A DNA stretch of 64,000 bases from Waddliaceae bacterium (lineage in GTDB: Bacteria > Chlamydiota > Chlamydiia > Chlamydiales > SLFE01), in contig CAVYRW010000004.1 in the NCBI GenBank assembly GCA_963771045.1, positions 96,001-160,000 of the forward strand, written 5' to 3'. This document shows, in pieces, positions 18,183-27,092 of the stretch (the first letter of the stretch is position 1; each line of letters starts with the position of its first letter). The notes under the pieces are model-generated. The model saw only the letters and a program-made list of their open reading frames with translations, ran no database searches and was not told where the DNA came from. A program made the translations under genes and the position numbers.

Positions 18183-20315
18183 TTACCAGAATCTTTGGTT
18201 GTAGATGGTTTTGTAGAGGCGGCGGCCGGTGGGTCCGCGATAGCCGACATCGCGGAGCCAGGCCGACATCGAATAATTCCATCGCTTGCGGCAGCTGTAG
18301 GTGTAGAAGAAATCAAGAGGCATGCTGATGCCTATTCCCTTGTCGAAGTAGGTCTCGCCATTGACCATGTCGTGGCCGTTTGTCCTGGTATACCAGCCGA
18401 AGAGTTCCAAACCGTTGGAGAAATAGCGGGTGCACTCGTAGCGGATGCCTACGTCGCGGGCAAGGAAGCGGCCGATGCTCATCTTAAAGTTCGTCTGCCA
18501 GTCGCGAAGATCGTAGTAGAGGTCGACGAAGTATTGCAGGCCGGTGAAAGGAACATAGGTGGGCACAAAACCGTCGAACTTGCGAATGGTATTTGTAAAG
18601 CCGAGTCCTGTAGTCGTCCGTTTTTTCAGGAGCGCGGCTTCAAAGCCGACGGCAAAGCAGCTGTTTACAGGATAGTAGAGCACTTCGGCAGCGGCGCCAA
18701 CGTAGTTTTGGGCAAAGTAACCAAGCGACAGCTGTCCAAACCAGCCGTGGGATAAGTTGACGCTTTTTTGCAGATACAGCTGGTCGAAAGTGATTCCTTT
18801 TTGTTGAAAATAACAGACGATGTCTGTGTGGACATTGATGAGCTGCGAGGGGTTTAACCTGTCGATTCCGATCATGTTTTCCAGTTTGGTGATGCCGATC
18901 CATCCCACTTGGAACTGATAAAAAATATCATAAGGGAGATAGCCGCAAGCTCCGGCGCTAAGGCCGAGGGCGTACTTGAATTTTCCCGTTGTGCTGCCGA
19001 AAAAGGTGTGAACTTTTGGCAGCAGTGTGAAACAAAAGAGGGACCTTTCCTGTTTAAACAGCTGCTGCGTTGCGCATGCGGCCGGTGTTTGCACTTCCCG
19101 CTCAGGGCTGATCAGGTCAAGTTCCGAGTCTCCGATGCAGCGGTTTGCATACATTTTGAGAAAACAGCTGTGATAATGATATTCCTGAATGGGAAATCCC
19201 TCGGCCTCGAGAACGACGACGAATTTGTCGATGTTTGAGGGAGCGAGGTTTCCGAGGATATGGTTGATGCGGCATCTTACCTGACTTTCAAAAAGATAAC
19301 GGCAGTTATAGATGTTTAATCGGAGGACTCTTCGGCAGCACTCATCCATCGTCAGATAGGCTCCCAATAGCTCAAATCCTTGCTCTCTTAAGGCGTAAAC
19401 GAAGTCTTGCACCACAACTTCTTCCGGCCTCAGCCAGCCGATGCTTTGCGTATTTTTCGGGGCGATATATGGCAGGGGATTGTCGATTTTAGGAAGCAAC
19501 CCTTGAGTCTTTCCAAAATTATAGTAGGTCGAGAGTGCAAATGAATACTCTTCTCCGCGGACATAACTGGCCATAAGGTCGAACGTATTCCATAAACGGT
19601 ATTTGAATCCGTAGTTGACTTTGGATTTTTGGCTTCTGCCGTCAGGGTGGGGCTCTCTTTCGGGATTTTTATAGTCGATCGCGTCATATTCGATTGTCAG
19701 CGACAGGTTTCGGAAAGGCGAGCACCACGACCTGCCGAAAGGATACCAGAGCAGTCCCCCGAACCACTGTTTGATGCGGCCGCTGCCGTAGCCGACGCTG
19801 ATTTCCGCGTTGAATTCGGGAAGGACCTGGGTAGCGACGATATATTGCGATTCAAATCCCTTGGTTCCCAGAAAATCGTCCCATCCAATAGAAATTCCGG
19901 GAAGAATATAATCGGAGTCTTCGGGGCGTATCAGGGCCAGTTTTAGATTGGCTCCTTTGTCGGAAAATTCTCCAAAGCCCATATGGCCGAAAACAGGGTC
20001 TAAAATGCCGCAAAATACGCGGTAGTTAGCAGTGACCTCGAGATTTTCATAGATCTGCGATCTAACATTCCAGTTTCTGTACGGAGGGACTTTGGAAAAA
20101 CCCAGTCCGATTTCCCCATCTTCGCCCATCAACGCGGAGGGCATGTTGATATACCCTCCCTGAAGAGTGTTATTGTAAGTTGTGGGATAGCGGTATTCTA
20201 GCTGCCGGTTGACCCAGTCGACGATCATCAGGTCCCGCATGAGTTCTTCATTGGCCGGAAGATAGGCGCAGCCAACAAACAGGAAAATAAGTAGTAATGA
20301 TTGGACCAGCTTCAT
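18183..20315 (-). CDS. YjbH-family outer-membrane lipoprotein
   Basis: Lipobox FVGC, GYINMPSA, GRFLARDVG, DKGIGISMPLD. Confidence 0.85.
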   Translation of the reverse strand: MKLVQSLLLIFLFVGCAYLPANEELMRDLMIVDWVNRQLEYRYPTTYNNTLQGGYINMPSALMGEDGEIGLGFSKVPPYRNWNVRSQIYENLEVTANYRVFCGILDPVFGHMGFGEFSDKGANLKLALIRPEDSDYILPGISIGWDDFLGTKGFESQYIVATQVLPEFNAEISVGYGSGRIKQWFGGLLWYPFGRSWCSPFRNLSLTIEYDAIDYKNPEREPHPDGRSQKSKVNYGFKYRLWNTFDLMASYVRGEEYSFALSTYYNFGKTQGLLPKIDNPLPYIAPKNTQSIGWLRPEEVVVQDFVYALREQGFELLGAYLTMDECCRRVLRLNIYNCRYLFESQVRCRINHILGNLAPSNIDKFVVVLEAEGFPIQEYHYHSCFLKMYANRCIGDSELDLISPEREVQTPAACATQQLFKQERSLFCFTLLPKVHTFFGSTTGKFKYALGLSAGACGYLPYDIFYQFQVGWIGITKLENMIGIDRLNPSQLINVHTDIVCYFQQKGITFDQLYLQKSVNLSHGWFGQLSLGYFAQNYVGAAAEVLYYPVNSCFAVGFEAALLKKRTTTGLGFTNTIRKFDGFVPTYVPFTGLQYFVDLYYDLRDWQTNFKMSIGRFLARDVGIRYECTRYFSNGLELFGWYTRTNGHDMVNGETYFDKGIGISMPLDFFYTYSCRKRWNYSMSAWLRDVGYRGPTGRRLYKTIYNQRFW

Positions 20316-20436
20316 GAGAACTCTAAAAATAACTCATCAAGCATAACAAACTAATTTCAGAATGCCTACTGAAAAAGGTAAGCATTCAGCCATTGCCGTG
20401 AATTTATTATTTGAAAAATTTCAACGCGGAGGCGCT

Positions 20437-20548
20437 CAAAACAAATTAACGATGAAAACGATTTAACGATAGGAACGATAAAAGAAAAAGATTGAGATCT
20501 TGATTGATTATCCTTTATATCGTTACATCGTTCTTATCGTTTGTTTTG
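20437..20548. repeat. Inverted repeat built from tandem AACGAT units
   Basis: AACGAT at 20448, 20457, 20465 and 20474; ATCGTT at 20519, 20527 and 20536; closed by CAAAACAAA/TTTGTTTTG. Confidence 0.7.
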
Positions 20549-20658
20549 TCTGGCCCGCTTTTCTCATAGATACTCCTGACATTTTGACATCCTTTAGGCG
20601 TTGTTGCATAAATCACCACTGAGACCACCGAGCTCACTGAGAGATTATGAGAGAGGAA

Positions 20659-21066
20659 TTAAATGATTAGACGCCTAATCCCATTTTTTAGAAGTTTTAC
20701 ATTGAAATTGATGAGCAAACCTCTGCCACCACCATTATGCTTAAGATAGGATAGAAGTTGGGCCTCATGAACAGGCAAGAGATTGGCCACAGATTTTATC
20801 TCCAAAATAACCTTATCTTCCACTATCATATCGATCCGGTAGCCTGAGTCTAGCTTTTTATCACGATAAATAATAGGTACTGGTATCTGCCGGTTAACTT
20901 TCAAACCCGCAAGGTTCAACTCGTAGCAAAGACAAGTTTCGTATGTCGATTCAAGCAAGCCTGGACCTAATCTTCGATGAACTTCAATCGCAGCACCTAT
21001 GATTTCCCCTGTTAAAAGGTCATTTCTTTTTTGGTTGGCTTCTTCAGTTGTGTGGGTACTAGTCAT
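20659..21066 (-). CDS. GxxExxY protein (PD-(D/E)XK nuclease fold)
   Basis: IIGAAIEVHRRLGPGLLESTY, RID...LEIK, AQLLSYL, GLLINF. Confidence 0.93.
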   Translation of the reverse strand: MTSTHTTEEANQKRNDLLTGEIIGAAIEVHRRLGPGLLESTYETCLCYELNLAGLKVNRQIPVPIIYRDKKLDSGYRIDMIVEDKVILEIKSVANLLPVHEAQLLSYLKHNGGGRGLLINFNVKLLKNGIRRLII

Positions 21067-21150
21067 CTTTTCTCCAAAAAGGGCGAATGCGAGCTTGCCG
21101 ACAAATACCTAATACTCTAATTTTTAGTTGCAACAAATTGGAGGATCAAG

Positions 21151-22094
21151 ATGAAGGCAAAATATCGCATTCGCAACTGGAACGACTATAACAAATCTCT
21201 TATTCAAAGGGGAAGCATAACTGTTTGGTTTTCTGAAGATGCTATCAATAAGTGGATGGCTCCAAAAGAAATAGGAAAAAAGGGGCGTCCAAAACTCTAT
21301 TCTGATGACGCTATTCTCACCGCGCTCATTATTCGATCGGTTTTTCATCTTCCATTGAGAGCACTCGAAGGATTTTTGACATCTCTTGTTATGATTTTAT
21401 CTGTTGGTTTATCGATTCCTTCTTATACTCAAATTTGTCGGAGAGCTAAGTTGTTGGGGCAAGAGTTGAAGAAACTTTCGAAAAAAAAGTCACCAATATT
21501 GTAATCGATTCAACCGGTTTGAAAGTGTACGGAGAGGGTGAATGGAAAGTTAGGCAGCATGGAATCAGTAAAAGGCGAACATGGAGAAAGCTCCATCTGG
21601 CAGTCTGCCCTGACTCTCACGAAATTATTTTCGAAATTCTTACTGAAAATAACGTTGCAGATTGTGAAGTGTATCCAAAACTTCTCGAGGTAATGCCGAA
21701 ATCAGTTAAGCGCACATATGGAGATGGGGCTTATGATACTAAGCGATGCTATGCTGCAAATGTAGTTCACGGCTCAATTCCTATTATTCCACCCAATAGG
21801 AATGCTGTTTTTCGAGAAAACATATCTCCTTCTTGGAAGATGCGGAATATCAGTTTGCTGGAAATTTCAGGTTTAGGAGGTGATGATGATGCAAGAAAAT
21901 TATGGAAAAAGTTGAAAGGTTATCATCGTCGATCACTTGCAGAAACAGCCATGTTTAGATTTAAACGATTCTTTGGAAATGATTTAAGAAGTAGAACTCT
22001 GGAAACCCAAAGGGCTGAATCAAGGGCAAAATGTGAAGCACTAAATATAATGACAAAGCTGGGAATGCCTGAAAGTGAATTAATAGCAGCTTAA
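21151..22094 (+). CDS. IS903-like transposase, frameshifted at an A-run near 21481-21488
   Basis: YRIRNWNDYNKSLIQRGSIT, IDSTGLKVYGEGEW, WRKLHL, DGAYD, GYHRRSLAET. Confidence 0.9.
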
Positions 22095-22297
22095 ATCAAA
22101 TCTCTCATATTCTCTCTGTGCGCTCTTGTGAGCTCTGTGGTTAATTACGCAACAAAGCCGGGACGACTACTTAGTTCGAGCAATATACTCCCAAATAATA
22201 ATATTCTATTTTAATTAATTATTTTATAATACTTAAACTATTGACAAAATAACTATTTTTGTAATATGCTAATATAATTGTAAAATTAGGAGTAATT

Positions 22298-23383
22298 ATG
22301 ATAAGAGATATAAACCAATCATATGCTATTACGAAGGACTTAGAGGCGCTTTCCAGAAAAGATACTGATTTGATTATCAAAGACTCAAAATCTTTTTGGG
22401 CTATATTTTGCAAAGCCTACAGCGATTTGCCTAATACAGATAAGGGGGATTCGGCACGTTTTACAGCAACTATTTTAGATAACAAACTCACTATAAAAGG
22501 GAATAAAAGTTCAATCGAAGCTATCAAGAAAGTTATAGAGTTCATAAGGAAAAGTTTTGAAAGAGATTATAAGGATAAGCAAGAGTCAACATTTATTCTA
22601 ATTCCTGATTATGGTAACTACTTCTATCGTCGACCATCTCGTGACCCGATTCATTTAGATGATCAATATAAACATTATTATCCTGATTCTATTACAAAGC
22701 AGTTGTTTGACCAGTCTATTAGTCCTTGTATGAAAGATTTTTCTCGATCCCTCGGGGCTATTTGTACTCGGAAAGTGACAATACAATTGATTGATCGTAT
22801 GAACAATTGGGATTCTTTTGGAGCAAAAGAGAGAGTTCATGCTTTTAAATTTGATTGGTCTCAAGGCTTAAATCTTGTTTTTCCTATTACCCCTTTACTC
22901 ATAAATAAAGAAAATCCCCTCTATTCACTCTATCAAAAACAAAAGAAATGCGACTTGACATTGTCTGCTAAAGGCGGAGAAACCGTAAAAGTTCACAGTC
23001 TTGTTCTTTATGCTAGTGCCGGAAAAGTTATGAGGGCTTTGCTTGACGCCCAAATGAAAGAATCAATCGAGAAGGTATTCGAATTGAAGGAATTTACACT
23101 AAGCACGGTAAAAGCTTTTGCCGAGTTTTGCTACCTGGGAACCGAGGGTATTTCACAAAAATCAATATGGAATAATGAAATTGACTTAATCGAACTGTTC
23201 AAAATGGCACATTTGTTTCAATATAAAGACCTTATTGACCACTGCACCAACATGATTGCCTTATTTTCTTCCAGACTAGAACTTGAAGATATCAAATATC
23301 TGTCGGAGAAATATGATAACGAACATTTAAAGCAGCTTCATGACCACCTAGCCAAAAAAAACGAAGAAAAAAAGGATGAGTAA
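22298..23383 (+). CDS. C-terminal BTB/POZ-domain protein
   Basis: CDLTL...KVHSLVLYA...FAEFCY...ELFKMAHLFQYKDLIDHC. Confidence 0.8.
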   Translation: MIRDINQSYAITKDLEALSRKDTDLIIKDSKSFWAIFCKAYSDLPNTDKGDSARFTATILDNKLTIKGNKSSIEAIKKVIEFIRKSFERDYKDKQESTFILIPDYGNYFYRRPSRDPIHLDDQYKHYYPDSITKQLFDQSISPCMKDFSRSLGAICTRKVTIQLIDRMNNWDSFGAKERVHAFKFDWSQGLNLVFPITPLLINKENPLYSLYQKQKKCDLTLSAKGGETVKVHSLVLYASAGKVMRALLDAQMKESIEKVFELKEFTLSTVKAFAEFCYLGTEGISQKSIWNNEIDLIELFKMAHLFQYKDLIDHCTNMIALFSSRLELEDIKYLSEKYDNEHLKQLHDHLAKKNEEKKDE

Positions 23384-23455
23384 GAGAACTAACCCGGATA
23401 CCTCACCGCAACCGGTGAGCAATCAGGGTCTTAGAGTTATCTCACCGAATACTTA

Positions 23456-23623
23456 CGAGCCACTTGCTTTAGCTCCGACAAAACCGATTTTTTGAGCTAT
23501 TTTGCCGAGATTTGCCAGTTGGCGCAAATTCACATACTCTTTAGAGTAGGGAATTTGCGCCAACTGGCAAAGGTCGGTGAAAGAGCCAAAAAGCGGTCTG
23601 TCGGAGCTAAAGCAAGTGGCTCT
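23456..23623. repeat. MITE-like long palindrome, family A
   Basis: GAGCCACTTGCTTTAGCTCCGACA...TTTGCCAGTTGGCGCAAATTC paired with GAATTTGCGCCAACTGGCAAA...TGTCGGAGCTAAAGCAAGTGGCTC; TA on both flanks. Confidence 0.85.
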
Positions 23624-23632
23624 TACCTGAAA

Positions 23633-25015
23633 TTATTCTAAGACTTCGGCGGCGTAGCTTCGAAGGCCGTCTCGGATGATTTCGACCATTTCCATTTTGG
23701 AGGGGCAGACAAATGCGGCGGGGCCGAAATCTTCGGGAGCCACCTCGAGAAGGCCGTACTGTTCGGCAAGATCGTAGTCCTCGGCCATCACCGATTTGAC
23801 AAGGTGCATCGTGGGAATATTCATCGGCATGACATTGTCATAGGGCTTTGCGATGATAAACGCGCGGTGTTCGCCGTGAAGGCTGGTTGTGAAGTCGTAC
23901 TCGCGGTTTGTATTGTCGAGATGTCCCGAAAGGTAGGTTTTGCTTGCGGTATATTTGTCGATTCCCAGTCGGAAAAAGTGGAGAAATTCGCGGGAAACGC
24001 TGACAGGAATGGCGCAAAACTCAAAATCATAAAAGCCCAGGAAATCGTTAGTTTCGACTTTTGTTCCCGTATAAATATTTCCTGAAACAAACCGCATGCG
24101 CCCTTTATGCACTCTTCCTGCGATAAGATTTTCCACAGGAGAGCCTGTTCTCACTTTAAAATAGCCTGTTTTCTCCGGCAAAATTCCCGGTCCGGCGATG
24201 CTGACGACCCGCTCGTTTAGATACTTCCCTGTACGCAAGAGGTGCCCGATGCAAACGGCGTCGTAGGCGGTGAGTGTCCAGACGACATCTTCGAAATGGG
24301 TGATCGGAGAAATAAAATGAATGTGTACGGAAGAATTGCCGATGGGATGAGGGCCTTCGGTTGTGTGTTTTTCGACATCTTGGGCATCAGTGAAAGCCTT
24401 GCAGTTCGATTCAGAGGGGTATACCAGATGAACCGGTCCTTCCGTGAGTTTTGAGAGAGCGGAAAGTCCGGTTTGGAAATCCTCTTCATGCCCCGCAACG
24501 TGCATTTCAGCAGGGGGAGCAAAAGGGGTTGAGGCCGATGCGTTCACAAAGATGCACCGCGGAGTTTTGGCGGTGTCGGCAGTGATATCGAAAGGGCGCT
24601 GGCGGATATGGGGAAAAAGCCCTCCCTCCTTCAATCTCAAAAGAATTTGATCGCGGTTTGCAGAATCGACGTCAAGGGGATTGAATTCGTGGATTTCCTC
24701 GTGTTCGGAAACTTCTATGACAATATCGAGAAGGCGTCTTTTTAAGCCCCGGCGGACTTCCTTGATAACTCCTGCGGCAGGTGAAACGAAAAGGCGTCCT
24801 TCGCATCCCTTGTCTTCAATAATCGGCTCTCCGATTTTGACAACTTCGCCCGCTTTTCTCAGCAGGCGGGGTTTGGATTCATAAAAAGGATTGAAATTTA
24901 GAGAAACGAGCCTTGGTTTGACGCCGTGCCCGTTCGCTTCAAGCCGCTCTGCAGGCCCTTCAGGTTTTCCGATAATGGGAATGTCGAGCCCTTTTTTAGT
25001 CTTAATCTCTGCCAT
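23633..25015 (-). CDS. nqrA: Na+-translocating NADH:quinone oxidoreductase subunit A
   Basis: KKGLDIPI, GPHPIG, LEVAPEDF, FVCPSK. Confidence 0.95.
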   Translation of the reverse strand: MAEIKTKKGLDIPIIGKPEGPAERLEANGHGVKPRLVSLNFNPFYESKPRLLRKAGEVVKIGEPIIEDKGCEGRLFVSPAAGVIKEVRRGLKRRLLDIVIEVSEHEEIHEFNPLDVDSANRDQILLRLKEGGLFPHIRQRPFDITADTAKTPRCIFVNASASTPFAPPAEMHVAGHEEDFQTGLSALSKLTEGPVHLVYPSESNCKAFTDAQDVEKHTTEGPHPIGNSSVHIHFISPITHFEDVVWTLTAYDAVCIGHLLRTGKYLNERVVSIAGPGILPEKTGYFKVRTGSPVENLIAGRVHKGRMRFVSGNIYTGTKVETNDFLGFYDFEFCAIPVSVSREFLHFFRLGIDKYTASKTYLSGHLDNTNREYDFTTSLHGEHRAFIIAKPYDNVMPMNIPTMHLVKSVMAEDYDLAEQYGLLEVAPEDFGPAAFVCPSKMEMVEIIRDGLRSYAAEVLE

Positions 25016-25061
25016 AGAATCATAAATTACTTGATTCAGGGCATTATAGGCAAGCGGGGTC

Positions 25062-25518
25062 TTAAGGCTTTGCTTCGCCGAAAAGGATGAATTTGATTCC
25101 TGCCGCTGCGACAGCACCTAAGCAATACGCTGGAGCTCCTATAAAAAATCCGATGGCCACACCTGTTAGTATGATCACCTTCACCACGCCTTCTGTTTCG
25201 AGATAGTCATTAAAATTGCGAAGCCAGTGGATGATTGTGTCGGCGAAATAAAAACCGGCAACAGCTCCGATGATCAGTCCGCCCCAAAAGGCTTGAAAAA
25301 ATAGAAGGATGATTCCGATGAACAGGGCGACATAGGCTAGAGTGTCTTTGGTATTGGTTTTGGCAAATGTATAAGCTTTTTGAACATGTTCGTGTTTTTT
25401 TAGCTCTTCAAAGCGTCCGGAAATTTGTTCGTGTAAAGGCTTTTTCTTTTGCTCTTCTTCTTTCCCTGCTTCGATTTGCTTCGTCCGGTTTTTCTTCGGG
25501 TTCTTTTGGTCCGGTCAT
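25062..25518 (-). CDS. Chlamydial membrane protein upstream of nqrA (CT635-like); missed by the ORF track because of a frameshift
   Basis: AGGAG RBS and ATG at 25518. After one shift an open frame reads AYTFAKTNTKDTLAYVALFIGIILLFF...GIKFILFGEAKP*. Confidence 0.7.
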
Positions 25519-25751
25519 GAGTTGTCTCCTTTCTTGTTTAATCTAAAAGTATAATAGCATATATTTGAATTTTTCATAGAACCTAAACATAATTTATTGA
25601 ATCTTAATGTTTTTATTTTACACTGGCCGCAGCAGGAGAGGCATTTGCCTTTAATTTTGTTTAACGACTATAATTGCAGTAAATATATATAATAAGGGAC
25701 TTGCAGTCTCAAATAAATACTAATCAACTAATTATTAGGAGTTTGTGAAGT

Positions 25752-27092
25752 ATGCCTAAAAGGTGGCTTATGCTTCTTAGTCTCTGGCATCTCGGGATTG
25801 GCGCTTTTTCTCTTGTTAATCGCGGGAGGAATGACGATGACGCGGCCGGCGTCCATTTCCGTTTCCGAGGCAAAGCCAAAACCCCGTCCTTTGCCAAAGA
25901 GCGCTTTCCGTTCCAAGAAATCGGGCTACGACGCCATCGGGACCACTTTGTTCACACTTAAGTTCGCCCCTCCCAAAATGCAGCTTCCCGATTTGAGAAA
26001 ACTGCTGACTTATTACGGCCCCAACGGGCGGCCGGACGCGAATCTCGACTCAAACGCTGTTCATTTCGGACTGGCTAACAATCAAGAGCAGGGCAGTGTC
26101 TCTCAGAACGAAAAACTCTATCTGCTTTTTGACAGAACCCAGCATCCACCCCGCTATGTGTTCAGTCCTGCCAACAGCCCGACAACTCTTTGGATTGAAT
26201 CGGAGCCCGAAGACAAATCCGCAAATATCTCCGTCTACATGGTCAACGAAGAGGGCGAAATCGTTCAGGAGCCGGCAGGCAGATCCAGATTCACTTTGGC
26301 TCAAAAAGAATTTACAAGATTCAATCGCGGCAAGCCGTGGAATATCGGCTTGAATCGCGTCGACGGCACTCTTTTAGCGCGCCAAAAGGCCAAGTGGTAT
26401 GGTTCGGACAAATTCTTTGAAAGGCACGGCGGCGAGGAATACAGCGACGAGGGTAAAAAACAGCGCATCGATTTTAGTGAAAAAGAGGATACCTATTCTG
26501 TTTTTCTGGAAGAAGGAGATGTTCTTGTCTGGGACGAAACCAGGTGGGTGGAGGCCAATCCCGGCTCTGATACCTTTGGGAAGCCTCTGATGCAATTGAA
26601 AAAAGTCGCCGAACGTCTTTTGACTTTTGAACTCTGGAATCCGGACGGCTCGAATAAGGTGGCATTGAACCTGCTGAAAAACAGCGAACGGTGGCTTCCC
26701 GAAAAGCTCAAACAAAATTTTAAATTTATATCCGCAAGAACCCGTTCCCAATATGTTTTTGAAGTGGACAAAGAAAGGATGACGCTTGTCCCCAAGGATT
26801 GGCTTGTCAAAACGGAAAATGGATGGGACAAACTTGAGACTGTCGATGAAATCGATGCTTATGTTCAAAGAAAGCTTCAAGGCCCTTTGTTTGTCTTTGA
26901 AGGAGTGGAGAAGCAGGGAGACGGCAGGTGCTGATCGGAACTCTTTTCAACGCTTCAAGAACCGATATGAAGCAAGTCGAGCTTGATGTCCCTCAATCCA
27001 CAATTACCGTAATCACTGTGCCCAAAGTTACAGACAGAATGGTGGGCAATGGAAACGAAACTGAAATTAAGGCCCATTACAATGAAAATTAA
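25752..27092 (+). CDS. Chlamydial protein upstream of gspD (CT573-like), with two apparent frameshifts
   Basis: Core ORF 25798..26934 with RVDGTLLARQKAKWYGSD; position in the T2SS locus. Confidence 0.7.

Larger units (their letters stand above)
20597..22159 (+). mobile_element. IS5-family (IS903-group) element carrying a GxxExxY passenger gene, with ~58-bp imperfect IRs
   Basis: Left end GGCGTTGTTGCATAAATCACCACTGAG...; right end reverse complement GGCTTTGTTGCGTAATTAACCACAGAG... Confidence 0.82.

Noticed and set aside
18090..18755. 221-aa antisense ORF and other long shadow ORFs (e.g. 60249..61010, 27444..28049)
   Set aside because: They lie opposite well-supported genes and show no motifs.
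23390..23435. Hairpin CTCACCG-CAAC-CGGTGAG after the BTB gene
   Set aside because: Adequately explained as a terminator-like stem between convergent genes; no second full copy seen.
23633..25015. nqrA without nqrB-F
   Set aside because: A split nqr locus is the normal chlamydial arrangement.
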